Source: Cenococcum geophilum
Taxonomy: Eukaryota
Reading direction: 5' to 3'
DNA: 64,000 nt
Assembly: GCA_050273025.1 (NCBI GenBank)
Contig: CP158635.1
Span: 434,001 to 498,000 of the forward strand
Part shown: one piece after another, positions 11,900 through 25,900 of the stretch
Layout: each line of letters opens with the position of its first letter
Position numbering within the stretch: the stretch's first letter is position 1
The notes under the pieces: generated by a model
What the model saw: only the letters and a program-made list of their open reading frames with translations
What the model was told of the DNA's origin: nothing
Databases searched by the model: none
Position numbers and translations under genes: made by a program

Positions 11900-14800
11900 C
11901 AACCCCCTAGATTTGACGGTGTAGTCAAAGCTGTAGAACATAAAATGAAGGTAGAAGCTATACCAAAATAGGAAATTTTAGATACAATTTAGGAGTAGTA
12001 AAAGGATAGGGTAATGTTCAAAGGTCTTTGTTAGATGATGCAGTAGTAATTTAATGTCGAATATCCACCAAATTCAATTGCTTTATCCATGCCTCGTGCC
12101 TTTAACGGGGTAAGATTTTGGTAAAGCCGTCGGCAGGCATCTTGTCCGTAGGGACCCACCGGACGTCGATCTTTTTGTCTTAGACTTCCTATCTCAGCCA
12201 GTGCTGATAAACGTCGATATGTCGAAGCTTGGTATCCAGTTTTGGTGTATCCTATCTTAGCAGTCATATAGTCTGCATATTGTCGCATAGTAGGGTAAAT
12301 TCGCGTTCTAAATTGAAGCCGATTACCTCAAAGAAACGCTACCACCAGATAATCTCAACAGCGGCCGTAGACAGAGAGAGAAGCTCTGCTTCAGTAGTCG
12401 AGCGAGTCACTAATCGTTATAGGGTCGCCTTCCAATTAATTAGTCCTCCGAATAGCATAAATAGGTATCCTTAAGAGCTCCGTCTAGTGTCTTTATAGTC
12501 CGCAAATACTGCATCGGATGCTCTGTAAAAGGTAACGTCTTCTCCTTCGGGGTTTCTAAAGTAGACGTGGGCTCCAAATACTTCGCCAGAGTATTCAATA
12601 GCTGTCGATTTTGTTCCAAGGCAGTAGGCAATAGCTTGGTTTGCCGCGTCAAGGTGTTTTTAATTTAGATTGGTAAGGAATTCGGCCAGCTTAGAATGCG
12701 TCTTAGTAATATTAGGTCTTCTAAATACGGCGAGGTGCGCAAGGGAACCGACTCGTTGCTAATAGGCTAGTGTTCTTTAAGGGTTCGTCTGCTGGTTGGA
12801 TAGAATTAGTTCTTCGGCAAGAAGTAGTAACTTAGGAAATCTTTCTAGTGGTTAAATATTAAATCAATTGGCTATCTTTTCGATATAGGAATCTTGGCAA
12901 AGCCAGATCCTTCAACTTGGTTAATCTCGCTCGATTTGAATTCCTAGGAACTACTGTAGGTCTCCTAGTACACGGATCTTGTAGCGGTGTAGTAGTTTGG
13001 CTTCAAATTCTTTAAGTCTTTAAAGGTCCTTTTTAGCAAATAGAACGGCAATATCGTCTATATAGAAGAAGACAATAAGTCGTCTATCGGTAAATAGGCA
13101 GTTAGTACCTGGGATAGGCTTTAACCCAAATTTTGATAGTGTACTGGTAAGCTCTTTGTACCAAAGTAGTGGTGAGATTTTTAATCCGTATAGCGCCATT
13201 AGTAGCTTTAGGATATGTCCATTTTGATTAAATCCTTCTAGACAGTAGCAGTAGACTAGCTTGGCTAGCTTGGTATTTATAAATGCGTTTACAGCGTCAT
13301 ACTATCGAATTTCCAAATCGAATGCAGCTGCTATAGCTATGAGAGCACGGAATATTCAAGCAGCTAGGGTAGCTGCATAGGTCTCTTCCTTAGTGATCTG
13401 CAGGTCTCTGCGGACGTATAGTCAAGCTTTAAGCTTCTAAAGATAACCGTCACTATCGAACTTATATTTAAAGACCTATTTTAGTAGAAGGATCTGCTTA
13501 TTGCTTACTTCTTCTTTTAGTACAGATTCGAATGTCCCTCGGCGCTTTAGGTCGTTATATTCTTTTTCCATAGCTTCTTAGAAGCCAGTAGTTAAAGGAT
13601 GCTTTCTTAGCTCTTTAAGGTTCTTTAGTTCAGGAGGAAGATTGTCCTAATATAGAGATAAGGATAAGGATTTAGCTCAGCTAATGTCCTTTACCAGTCC
13701 TGTGGCAAAGCTAGCGTAGTAACTAAATAGGGTAGATAGATTGGCTATTGCTGTTGCATGCGCTTGACGTCAAGCTTGTTTTGATCCTTTTGGTAGGATA
13801 AGGTCGGCAGAAGGTTTGGCCGAGATTTCGTTAGCTTATAGAGCTGTATTAGTTGCTCTATTAAATAGTTCTGGTAAGCTTAACTAGGTAGAATCTGTTT
13901 TAATTATATCCACGATATCGTCTTAAAGTCCTCCCGGTAAGGTATTTGTTTCTAGTAGATCTAGGGATACCGTTCTACTAGGAGTCGGTAACTGCTTAAT
14001 ATCCTTTATAGGAAGCTCTGCCGAATCGTTTAATTCAGGGGTAGTCGTTTGATCTACATTTAAGGTAGGTCTATATAGGATAGATTCATCCTCAGACTTA
14101 TCCTCGTGGAGAGGTTCTAGTAGACTAATTATCTGGATAGTGTCCTCTAAGGCTTCCCTTAGCAGGTAGTCGATGTTCTGGCCCTTGGGGTTATAAAACG
14201 AGGTCTCGTCAAATATAACGTCTCTAGTTCGAATGACTTTGCGGAGACTTAGAATCCAAATTTAATAGATATTGGTTAAATCGTAGCCGACTAGGTGTCT
14301 AATTAATGCACGAGGAGCTAGCTTATCTCCCTTTCTAACTTGCTTATTTAGCGTATAGGTCTTGCAACCGTATATATACATATGGGTAAGTGATGGCGGC
14401 TTGCCGTAGGCGATCTCGTACGGAGTTCTCCATCCTAGTTGCTCATTTAGGGTTCGATTAAGAGCGTATCCGGCGGCAAGGAAAGCCTCTAGTCCTAGAG
14501 ATGGGGGTAAGGAGGCTTCTAGCTACATAGCCCTTGATCGTTCTATAAGGGTTCGTCCAGATCATTCAGCTCCACCATTTTGTTCTTCTGTATACGGGGC
14601 TCGGCATTTAAAAGTAATACCTTCGTCTACATACCACGTCTATAGGGTGTCTCCCGTTTGTCCAAAAGCTCGTTCGTCATCGCTCCAAAAGAAGACGACG
14701 TCTTGGTGGAATCGTATTTTAATTAGTCGGTAGGTCTTATAAATGGTAGGTAGGACGGTAGCTTTGTTCTTGTTCTTGGAGGTAAATATAAAGTTAAATT

Positions 14801-16743
14801 TGGAATACGTGTAATAGAAATGCATAACGTATCTATCGCCGTTATATCCTTATTCTCCGAGGTCGATGATATCAAATGCTAGCCGTTTAAATAGTCGATT
14901 GGCTGGATATTCGTGTTCTCGTCTTCAAGAGATCTGCTGCATATGCTTTGCTAATAAGCAAGTTTCACATTCGATTTTAAGCGGTGCTCGTTTGGTAGTT
15001 AATTCGGTAAGCTCTGCGCTATTAACATGCTTAGGAAGCTGCTCGATAGCGTTAGGTCCTGCATAGCCGAGTATTTTATGCCATTTTGTAGCTATAGCTC
15101 CGACTAGTTTACGGGCCATTCGGCTTAGTTAATATCTTCCTATTAAGAAGGTCGATTAATTGGTTAGATCTAGGGTCTTTATAGGCTCTCTGTGCATCAG
15201 TGCCCAGTGGCCCCCTAGTCGTCTCGCATAGCATACTATTTCGCCAGTTGCTAGACGGTATAGTACATTTCGTCCTAAGTCGAAATGGATGTCGTTATTA
15301 GTAGCTCTTAAGAGTGCTACGATATTTGTAAAAAAGGTAGGTGCTAGTGCTATATGGGATAGCTTCAATTTTAACTTCCCAGTAGGTGTATCGACAGTAA
15401 TAGTTACTATTCCGTAGGCTTAAATTTTCTCAAAATTTCCGCTAGCAATTAGGTAGTCGTCTTCTGCAGCTGGGTATAAGAAGGTAAAGTCTTCTTCATT
15501 ATTGCAAACGTGGGTATCTACACCAGGGTCAAGTATCCAGGTGTTCTGGAGCTCAAAAGGAATTTAACCAGTACTAAACACGGCAGCATAGCTAGTTAAT
15601 GTCTTAGAAGGTGGGGCTCTAAAATTAAAGTCGATTATAGATTCTATATTCTTCTAGTTCTCCTTTACTTCCTATTCTCTTTTTTAGATACAGTTGACGA
15701 TACGTTTAATCCAAGGTGTAGATAAAATAGTTTCATCTACCTTCTTTTGGACATCTGCCCTTGGTCTCCATCCTTAAGGGCGCTTGTGCTCAGCAATATA
15801 GTAGCATTCGTTAAATCAATATATGAGGCCGCATATGCATTCCTTATTCCATCTCGAATTTAAATTAGAATTGCTGTTAGAGTCTAAATTAGAATTAGAA
15901 TTATTTTAAAGGGTTGCAAAAGCAGAGTTATTGGCAGTCAAGGTAGACGATGCTTACTACATACAGTAGTACTCCTTAAATTCCTTAATTAGATCAATAA
16001 TAGATAGGGCGTCCTTATCCTTCCGTTCTTTCCTAATGAGATCTACTTCTAGAGCTCCTACGAAGCTAGAAGAGATAGGTTTAATAGCTTAAACGAAATC
16101 ATAGTGTGGCCTAAATCCCTACACGTCTAGTAGCTTCAATTGCTCTGCCAGCTTATAGATATTCCGCCAATTGTTCAGCCATTTTTCAATGCTCTGCTTC
16201 TTATTGTAGGTTTTTAAAGCCGTATATTAATTTAGGACGTTGTGCTTTCTACCTAATATAGTAGGAGCTAATGCAGTCTTTAATGCTTGAAGCCGTTCGT
16301 GTACCGTTTTAAGGCCATCGATAAGGGGAAGGTAGGCTACCGATATCAATCGAACAATATAGTTACTGATGTCCCTTATAGCCTGTTCTTTCTTTTGGTA
16401 TACACATAGATCGTCTTTATATTCAGCATAGAGCTAGTTATAGGCAGTAAGCTTAATTTGGTCTAGCTAAGCTATCGTCGTAGCATTAGGAAGTACGTCC
16501 GCTAGTACAGGTCAATGCGGTAGTTCAAGCGTAGGAAGTTTGTCTTTCTTCATAGATGGACATGTCTATATGGCTAAGCGAGCACTGCAGCAGCACCCCT
16601 GCATCTTAGCAACACCAACATCATTAACATTCACAAAATTGAGCCTTGCTTGCTTGCTTTCCATATTAGTCTCATTCAAAAGCCAATGCCTTATTTACTT
16701 AATTTATAATAATTAATTGTTACTGTTAATAACTTAACAACCT

Positions 16744-17847
16744 ATACGCTCGTCTAAACCTTCGCGAATTATCCGTAAAAACCTTAAAAACTTAACCAAC
16801 GACGACACACTCGACGAGCTAAACTCCTTAGAGGTTACCTACCAGTCTCCCTTACCTTCCCCTACACCTTTAGGCGATACGCCGGCGTTATAGTCTCTAT
16901 CCTCTATAATGGCGCCTCTCTCCGCGGCTTAACGCGAGACTTTAGCCGCTAAAAAAGCCAAAGAATAGCTCTAGTAACTATACGAGAAGGACCTAAGAAT
17001 TAGAAGAGCTTAGGCAAAGGAGGTTAAGGACCAGGCAACTAACTAGAAAATAAGACTCCTTTAGAAATAGGAGGACTGTACTAAAATACTACGCGTCTAA
17101 AAAGAATAGGAAGATTAAGCGACTAAACTCTATATATTAAGCCTCGCTATAGTAACAGCGAGATTAGCTACGGCAGTATTATCCTTAACCCTAATTAATA
17201 AACTGGGTAAGTTGCTCCCATCTATAGCTAATATCCTAAATATTCTCTTCCCTGGCGTCCTAAATAAAGAGATACTTAAGGTATTTTGGGGTACTTTCTT
17301 ACCTAATAACCTCTCTTACCTCTAGATACACTAGCTCTGGTCTAAGCCTTAGAATAATATCCTTATTGTTAACAGCGTCCTTTTTATAAGACCAAAAGAA
17401 GGAATAATAAAGGACTACCTATCCGTCAAAGTGTGGGTAAAGGGCTTTCTTAACTATATAATAATTTTAATTGTTATATATAAGAATCTTTTAGTAGATC
17501 TTATTCCCCAAATGCTTACCTTCTATAATTAAGTTATCTGGCTATCTACCACCTACCAAATTGCTCCCTTAATGACTATGGCCTTAGAGCACTACTCTAT
17601 AGTTATTTAAAAGAACTAGTTAGAGCTAGCCAACTAGAAGATCTTTAGTAACTTCCTAAATATCTATTACAATCCTAGTACTTATAAATCCGTATCTATT
17701 TTAAAACGCGCGCGAGTAAGTACTAATATCTTAAGGACCTGTTACAGCTTTAATAGAGGGAAGTGTAACCTAGGCAAGGATTGCAAGTTCCTATATACCT
17801 GCAGCAAGTATAGTGGCCTGTATACTATAAGGAATTATAAGTAGTAA
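16744..17847 (+). pseudogene. Gag-like ORF of the YR element with C-terminal zinc finger
   Basis: TCYSFNRGKCNLGKDCKFLYTCSKYSGLY at ~17737-17825; start codon approximate (RIP-altered). Confidence 0.7.
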
Positions 17848-17849
17848 TT

Positions 17850-19620
17850 ACTAGAGGAAAGTGTTAATAAGGAAAAGGAAGAGAAGGAAGAGGATTTTAT
17901 TAAGCTATACCTATACTCCGCCGAAACTGTGCTCTACCCTTATAGTACGGGTAGGCTAAATACTATACCATTATTTCCAGTTTTCCTGCCCTCCTCTCCT
18001 CTACAGGACTCTCCCTCCCCCTTAATTATTTAAGCGTGGGGGCATTATCTATCCCTGTACCCCGGCAACCTCTAACGCAATATTATTGGTATCTTAAAGT
18101 TTAGATGCCAGATTGGGGCAAACCTAGAAATTAAGCTCCTCTCCTAAAAGAACTAAGCCTTAATAGCTATAAATACGGTCCTAATCTTAGAGAAGATCAG
18201 CGCCAATCTAGATATAGGCAGGATTGCAATAGCAACGTCTCCTATTATATCCTTACCGCTAGGTTTAGTACCTAAAGCGGATAGGAGATAGCGCCGTATT
18301 CACAACTTATCCTTACTATTTAGCTAATCTATCAACGACTTAATCCCTATAGCATTCGCTATACTATAATATTTAATAGTTAATCAGGTTCTCTAATACG
18401 TTATATATACAGGCTATAGTTATATAATTATTAAGAGGGACATTAAGGACGCCTTTTAGAATATCCTACTTTCTATTAAAGCTTAACGCCTTATAGGGTT
18501 CTCCTAGAAGGGTGTAGTGTATTTCGAACGTTGCCTCTTATTTAGCCTTTAAACTGCACCCTTTTTATTTAATCTTTTTATAGAGGGATTCTACTAGATA
18601 CTTATTTAATATATCCTAAACGCCGCCTTAGAGCACTATCTAGATAACTTTATCTTTATACTCTCTAACGCTTCTATCCTCCCTTAATTGCTTAGTGTGT
18701 ATAACTAATTAAGTAATAAATTAGGCATCCTATAAAACGAATTAAAGAATATTAAAGGCACTACGGCTAAAGTCCTAGGTTATATTATAGATACTCTAAA
18801 ATCTAAGCTACGTCTTTCTCCTTTAAAACAGGCTATTACGATTAAGGAGATTAATAAAGCGTTAAGTGGTAGATCCCTAACGCTAGTTTAGAGTCAAAAA
18901 CTGGCTAATAGACTCGCTTAGAGCGCCCGGGTAATTAGGCTTAGGTATTTATATAACCGCTCTATCTAGGAGTTCATCTCCACTTTTATAAAGGTAGGTA
19001 GTTATCCTCGCTAATAGCTAACAGCTAAACTTCGCCAAGACTTGTTATAGTAGAGGGATACTCTTACCCTTTTAAATAGTATCCTCTTTTTTAATAATAC
19101 GGATTAAAAACAATTCTATCTCTTCTTAGACGTATCCAGGATTCTTAGTTACGGGGCCTTCTTTTTTCTTAAGGATTCTTAAGGGACAACATAGCCGCCC
19201 TATTCGGTATCTCTACCCTAAAATAATTCTTTAAGCTACTACCCTAATATAGAACACCGCCTTGCCCTAATTAATAAGCGGGAGGTCCGAGCAATTACAA
19301 CCTTATTCTAGCTCTAGGTAACGCGGTAGGAGCATAGCTTAGTCTATATCTATACAGATAATATAGTAGCACTCTTAGGATTCTAAAATACGGTAGTAAA
19401 AGGACCGGGTAATTACCTACTCCGTGAAATCCTCTAACTGGCCGTAGCCTATAATATTACGCTTTATATAGAGTAGGTTTCCTCTATAGAAAACGGGCTA
19501 GCTAATACTCTATCTCGTTTTAATCGCGATAGGGTGTTATTACTATACCTATATTAGGATACTTCTAATTTACCGTTACTATACGCTTCTTTATTATATT
19601 TAATCTAACGCTAAAATAGA
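17850..19620 (+). pseudogene. RT/RNase H of the YR element
   Basis: *RRIHNLS (~18289), KRDIKDAF.NI (~18433), TAPFLFNLF.EG (~18553), HYLDNF (~18634), FLDVS..YGA (~19123), IYTDN (~19348), ENGLANTLSR (~19489). Confidence 0.9.
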
Positions 19621-19689
19621 AGACCTAGTCCCTCTTAAAGACCCCCTACCTAATTTCTGGATTAAGGTAAAAGCCCCCTTAGAATATTT

Positions 19690-20620
19690 CGGCCAACTAT
19701 TATAGTACGGCCTCTCTAATAGAATGAGAGATTTATACTATTCTATAATTAAGAGTTAGGAGGGCTACTGCGACCTTTATAGAGCGGTGAAGTACCTAGC
19801 GCCCCTTTACTACCTAGGAGAATAGATTACCTAATAGATCTTTAGTAATGCTAGTTTAGGAATAAGCCGTATTAAGCCTACTATAGTTAGAGCCTATATC
19901 TCCGCAATTTAATCCTACTATATTAACGCTAATTATAATACCTCCGTCTTTAATAATCCTATTATTAAAAGGATCCTAGATAGTGTAACATTTATAAATC
20001 CCTCTACTATAGCTAAAAGATTGCTAATTACTAAAGACATTTTTGCCTAATTAGTTACCCTAAATGCCTAATCCGTTAAGGATCTTAACTTTAACGCCGC
20101 CGTTACTACGGCCTTTATAGGATTCCTTTATCTAGGCGAGATTACCTATACTAAGGCTTAGAAAGATAGCCACGCCTTCTCTACTATAAAATATACTAGA
20201 AACAACATAACGCTGGTAGAGGACTATATAATATTACGTCTAAAGCGTAGTAAAACGGACGTTAATTACTAAGGAGTCTTAATTACAATTGCCGCTTCAG
20301 GGCAACTTAAATGCGCAGTTTAAGCTATAAAACACCTGTTTAAAAATAACCCCTAACCTAGAAACGCCCCTCTCTTTCGCTTTAAGAGATCGGCCTTTAT
20401 AAGCTACGCGGTCAGAAATAAGCTAAAGTGTAGAGTCGTCGCTCTCGGCCTTTACTCTAAGCTCTATAACGGACACTTGTTTTAGAAAGGTGCTGCTTAA
20501 CACGCTTAAGATAACGGTTTCACAGACGGCCAAATATAGTAACTGGGCTGGTAGTCCTTATAAGCGTTCTAGCTTTACTATTTATTATTTCTAAAAGACC
20601 TATTCCGGCTAAGTGTAAAC
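19690..20620 (+). pseudogene. Tyrosine recombinase of the YR element
   Basis: AFIGFLYLGEITY (RIP form of AFxGFLRxGE, ~20111), LKRSKTD (~20240), GHLF*KGAA*HA (HxxR, ~20471), I**LGW*S..AF*LY (LGRWxS..Y, ~20535-20580). Confidence 0.9.
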
Positions 20621-21690
20621 TTCTAATGTGGAACGCCAATACCGTTCTTATTATTACTCGCCCTAGATATAATAGGCGAAGATATTTAGGCATAACGGCG
20701 TATAGGAGTGCCTATTTTGGCACTCTAATATATTAACTTAAATCTCTCCTTTCCCCCCCTTTTTTATTTTTTATTTTTTCTTCCCCCTACTCTACCTTGT
20801 GTGGTACGGGCGCTGCGCTTCTAGGTCTATGGGCATCACGTTTAGTTAAGGTAGGGTAATCCCCTACAAATGGCCTTGCGAATATACTCATTCTTAATTA
20901 ATGCCTTTGAGCCCGTACCCACTAATTAGATTAATTAATCCTCTTCTCCGTAAGCGTGTAAATAATAGATAGACATATCTATATAGCTAAGCAAGCACTG
21001 CAGCAGCACCCCTGCATCTTAGCAACACCAACATTATTAACATTTATAAAATTAAGCCTTGCTTGCTTGCTTTCCCTCCCACCTACACCTTTTTCTTTGG
21101 TTGCATATTTTGGGCTTTATAAATAGATACTGCAGCGATATGCTTGCGCACGGGTCCATAGGCATCACGTTTAGTCAAGGCAGGGTAATCCCCTGCAAAT
21201 GGCCTTGCGAATATACCCATTCTCAATTAATGCCTTTGAGCCCGTACCCACCAATCAGATTAATTAATCCTCTTCTCCGCAAGCGTGTGAATAATAGATG
21301 GGTTAATATACTCCCATACCTAGCTAGTTTTAGCAGTGTCTTATACGATAAAGAACCATTAAATCCAATTAAAAGGCTGGTTGAGGATAAGGTTAATTTT
21401 AGAAGAAGATTCGTTCGTATTAGTCGTTATTTTAGAGTTTAATTGGGTTAGGAAGGGTCCAAGCCAGGGTCCAGCTAGCGTCTTAGCGAGACCTTATTTT
21501 AACGTTCCGAGCTCTTAATTTAATTCGTCAGCTTGTTCATCAGTCGGGTTCAATCGTCCGTCAGCGTCGATCGTCCATTTGTTTAATAGGTAAAGAAGCT
21601 CAAGACACTGCAAAGGTGGTAGAAGTAGTGACTTCTTAAATGAGGTAATAGATTAATTGGTCAGCAGGTAGTGCGATCCAGGCTCATAAC

Positions 21691-21975
21691 TGTAACAGTG
21701 CAGTGTGGGAGAATTGAGTAAACGACTTGATTTTGAATGTAGCTCTAAGGTCTCTATATATACACGAGGTAGGTAGCAAAAGCTGACGACGACGTTGACG
21801 ACAACGTTGACGACGATTCGTAACTGTTACCTAATTGCCACCAGGTCGATATTGCCACTCAGTCGGTGATAGGTAATGAATAGGTAATAGAAATAAGTAG
21901 TAAGACATACGATGGCAAGATACAGGGTGGTGAGTTATAAGGTAGTATCTAACATAGTACCTGTAGTCGGTTACA
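21691..21975 (-). repeat. 5' LTR of the Copia
   Basis: TG..CA repeat of 11615-11899, bordered by PBS (GGCTCATAAC on the + strand, 21681-21690). Confidence 0.97.
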
Positions 21976-22931
21976 TAAACTATTAGTTATATAATTTAGG
22001 TTAATAAATGCACTAGTAACGTTTTAAAAGAAAATTAATAGTGTATTAGGAGAATACCTTAATAAGTTTATTATAGTATACCTTAACAATATTATTATCT
22101 ACTTAATAACTAAGGAAGAGCATAAGGAACACGTTAAATAGGTCTTAAAAAGACTATAGGAAAAATAGATACTAGTAGCAATTAAGAAGTGCGAGTTCTT
22201 TATAAGGAAGACTAATTTTATAAGATTTATTATTAAACTAAGTCATATTAGTATAGACCTAAAGAAAATTAAAGCTATAGTAAGTTAGTAAGAACCGAAG
22301 AATATAACAAAGTTAAGGTTATTTTTAGGGTTTTGCAATTACTATAGGAGGTTTATAGCATAATAGTTAAAGAATATTAAACCGTTTACCAGGCTTATAA
22401 AGAAAGAGAAATTATAGGTATAGGGAAATAAATAAAAGAAGTTGTTTAAAGAACTTAAAGAGTTATTTAGCTAAAAGCTAATCCTTAAAATCTATTAACT
22501 AGGACTAGATATAATTGTAAAAATAAATATTAGACTATATACTAGGAGTATACTTACTATAGAAGTATAAAAACGTATAGCACCTAGTATTATATTATAG
22601 CAGAAAGATAACACCACTAAAGTTAAACTATAACGTCTATAACAAGGAGTTATTAGGTATAGTTACAGCACTTAAGGAATAAAGAGCATTCTTATAAGGC
22701 GTAAAGAAACTATTTATAGTTAAGATAGATTATAAGAACCTAATAGGGTTCCTAATAATAAAAGAACTTAATTATAAACAAGTTAGATAGGCAGAAATGC
22801 TTATAGAATACTATTTTAAGATTTAGTATATAAAAGGAACTAAGAATGCAAGGGCAGATATACTTAGTAGAAAAGCTAAACTATAGAACAATAAGAAGCT
22901 ATTAGGAGTAATACTACGTAAAAATAAGGAT
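21976..22931 (+). pseudogene. Gypsy-1 RT C-terminus and RNase H
   Basis: FRLINALVTF, YLNNII (YLDD, ~22079), FLGFCNYYRRFI, NYNVYNKELLGIV.ALKE, IDYKNL, NARADILSR. Confidence 0.9.
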
Positions 22932-25900
22932 TAGTGTGTCTAAGAGTTAGCGACGCTGTCAGCTTCGCTGCCAAGAGGCTACTAATATAAGCAGTCAGCT
23001 AGCTGACTGCTTTATAACAGTTAGTCAGCTATAAGACTACAGCTAGCTAACAGCTCGCTGTCTTAGCGGTAATATTTAGTAGTAAGTTAAAGCTTTTGGT
23101 AGAAGTTGAGGATATTTAGATAATCTAGTTAGTTAATTATACGCCAAGCAATGGGAAACCCATAGGAATCTCTCGCTTAGCTATAGTAAATAAAGCATTT
23201 TCCCTAATATCTCTATTGCGCGCCGAAACCTATACTAAAGCTTACTATTTTATTACCTATATAAAATGCAATGTACATTACATTTTACGCGTTAGCCAGG
23301 CAGTAGAGCTTCTTTATCTACTTCCTCCTCTACTTCTTCCTTATTTAATTTAAAATCTACGCGTTATTTAACTCTAGTACCGTATAGGGTTCGTAGATTA
23401 ACTTCTTCCTCCCCCCTTCTAATTAACGATGATACCAAATCGGGCGACTAAGATTCCGCATCACAAGAGCCTCCTCTAGCAAATCGGAACTATGGCTGTA
23501 TCTTTCCTATTAATTGGGACAATCTCTACCTAATAATATATAGCAAGCTTACTGGCAAATATGGATACCGGGTTATTAATAAGCGGTTGCTATTAAGTAA
23601 AGCTCCTATATTACTAATATAGAAGTATAAAGCAGACCTTTTTTAGGACGGTCCTTTGGGTAAAAAGAGGCTCTAGCTATATAAGCTTTGCTATCTAGCT
23701 TAAAGACCAGGTGCTTTACTTATAATTAACGGTAACGATTATATTAACGGCTATTTAAAGTTAAAGTATAACCTTATTATTAACCCCAAAAGTTATAATA
23801 GTAGAATATAACTACTAAGCATAGAAGCTTCTACTTCCGCTAGTAGTTACAAACGCCAGCCGTTCTAGGCAGCTGGCTATATTTAAGCCTATATTAATTG
23901 GACAATTCTATAAGATATTACCTTCCGTTAAGCTATAAGTCCTTATACACGCACTCTACTAACCTTTAACTGTCCTTAGATTTAAGACTGTCTTATAAAG
24001 GCGCCTATATCACTAAGCGATTGGATTAAAACCGCATTTAAACAGCGACGCGTTAATATTAAAGACCCCCTCCTTACCACACTTAGTAAAATTAATCTTA
24101 CCTACAATATCTGGACATCTATAAACGGAATGTCACTACTTGGTATAGTGGCCCATTTTATTAACAAAGGTGGAAAGCTTTAATTAGTACTTTTAGGCCT
24201 TCCACGACTGCGAGGATTACACTCTACTAAAAATGTAGCAACGGCCCTAGCGTTAGTAATTTAAAAGTATTAATTTAATTATAAGCTTGGCTCCTTAATA
24301 GCCGACAACACCAGCAATAATAACGAGCTCTACAACTACCTCTTACAAAGCCTGTTAGTGGCTAAAAAGGAACAGCTTTAGTGCGTTGGCTATATTATCA
24401 ACCTTATTATTAAGGCTTTGATATATGGTAAAGGCGTAAGTAAGCTTAAACGCTTAATAATCGGCGCGAGCGAGCACGTTAAATTTAATCTTATACAGCA
24501 GAGAGGCTCCGTAGGCAAGGTTTATAATATTGTTAAATATATTATGCGATTAATAAGACGCCGCGAGGACTTTGCTGAGAACTAGGCTAAGGCCTACGTT
24601 AAGGATAAGCTCTTTAATTAAGCAGAGCTTCTACTTATTAAGGACGGAGGCGTTTAGTGGAATTTAACCTACTTTATACTCCGCCGTGCCTACCTTCTTC
24701 GTAAAGCAATTGATAAATATCTACTAACTTAGAGGAAGCCCGCTAATAACAGCTACGATCTATCGCAGGATGCGCTTACTAATGAAGATTAGCAGCAAGT
24801 AGAACAGCTTATTAAGATCCTAAAGCCTTTTATATCAGCCACTAAGCGCATAGAAGGCGACGCTAATAGTCCTAGTATTAAAGGCTTATATGGCGCTTTA
24901 TGGGAGTCAATTACTAATATAGAGCTACTCTATTAAATCCTCTAGCGAACTTAGCAAAGCCTTAAGAACGAATGCGACTCCTTCCTTAAATTAGGCGTTA
25001 ATATAGCTATCCAAAAGATTAACAAGTATTTTAATAAAATAAAGGCCGAGAGCCCTTACTATTTTGCCGTAGTAATCTTTTATCCGTCTCTTAAACGCGC
25101 CTACTTTCGCGATAAGTAGAAACGGTGGCCCTTATAGTAGAAGCATGCCGAGCGGTGCATAAAGACTTTATTTAATGACTATATTAATAAGTAAGTAGAT
25201 AAGGAAGATAAGGAACTAGCTAAGCCACGACGCAGGAAGGTTCCTTATAAATCTGATAATGATTCAGCTGATAAATATACACAGTCCTTAGTTGTAGATA
25301 AGAGCCTTACTTCCTTAAAGCGCAATTAAAAGCGTATTAAGCTCACTAGTAAGCTTAACCGCTACTATAACGTAGGCCTTAAGCTTATTAAGATCCGCTC
25401 TAATAACGGCAACGAGCGGAATAACGTCGTTCCTAATCCTCTTAACTAGTGGCTTAAAATCGGTTAAATCCTTTATCTAATACTTGTCAAGATTGCCCTT
25501 AATCTATTCTCTATACTGGCGATAAGCTCTATATGCAAACGAGCCTTTAGCTAAGCTAAAAGGATTGTTACTAATAAGCGTAATTAACTGTTGGCCGACA
25601 CAATTAAAGCAGATTAATGTTAAGAATGGTGGTTAATCAAAGGCCTTTTATCAAGCAGTTTAATCGACTGTATTAACTCTAATGGAGGTTTAACTATACC
25701 TTGGTTAACGAGCTTGGATATTAATCTTACTGGCTATAAGCCAACTATAGAGGCAGAAAAGCTAGCTTGGTAAGATACATTTAATAGAGCTTCGTATTTA
25801 ATTAAATCTGATATAGAAATAGAGCCTCCGGAGCCCTTACTAATGCCTTCTTTTTAACCTTGCCACTAACGTCACCACCAAACGTTCTACCTTTTTAGCC

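Larger units (their letters stand above)
16552..21301 (+). mobile_element. Complete Ngaro-type tyrosine-recombinase retrotransposon with split direct repeats, in the Copia gag
   Basis: A1 16552-16662, B1 20824-20972, A2 20965-21075, B2 21153-21301 (A-ORFs-BA-B layout); Gag, RT/RNase H and YR coding regions lie between. Confidence 0.95.
11615..21975 (-). mobile_element. Copia LTR retrotransposon (~5.6 kb without its insert) in the Gypsy-1 RT
   Basis: 285 bp LTRs TGTAAC..GTTACA at 11615-11899 and 21691-21975, perfect 5-bp TSD TAAAC (11610-14, 21976-80), PBS GTTATGAGCC on the minus strand; PR WILDPGVDTHVCN (~15500-15540), IN WHKILG..CETC, RT *VFKYKFDSDGYL.KLKA.LYVRRD, ALYGLK, FFYIDD, then RNase H. 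Confidence 0.97.

Noticed and set aside
12031..15368. Short ORF-track entries as independent genes
   Set aside because: They are stop-to-stop fragments or alternative/antisense frames of the RIP-broken Copia pol.
19690..20620. Starship captain (DUF3435) or Crypton
   Set aside because: The recombinase lies downstream of RT/RNase H inside split direct repeats, which defines a YR retrotransposon.
21059..21442. 127-aa ORF
   Set aside because: It spans the YR terminal repeats and the antisense Copia gag junction; a chance chimeric frame.
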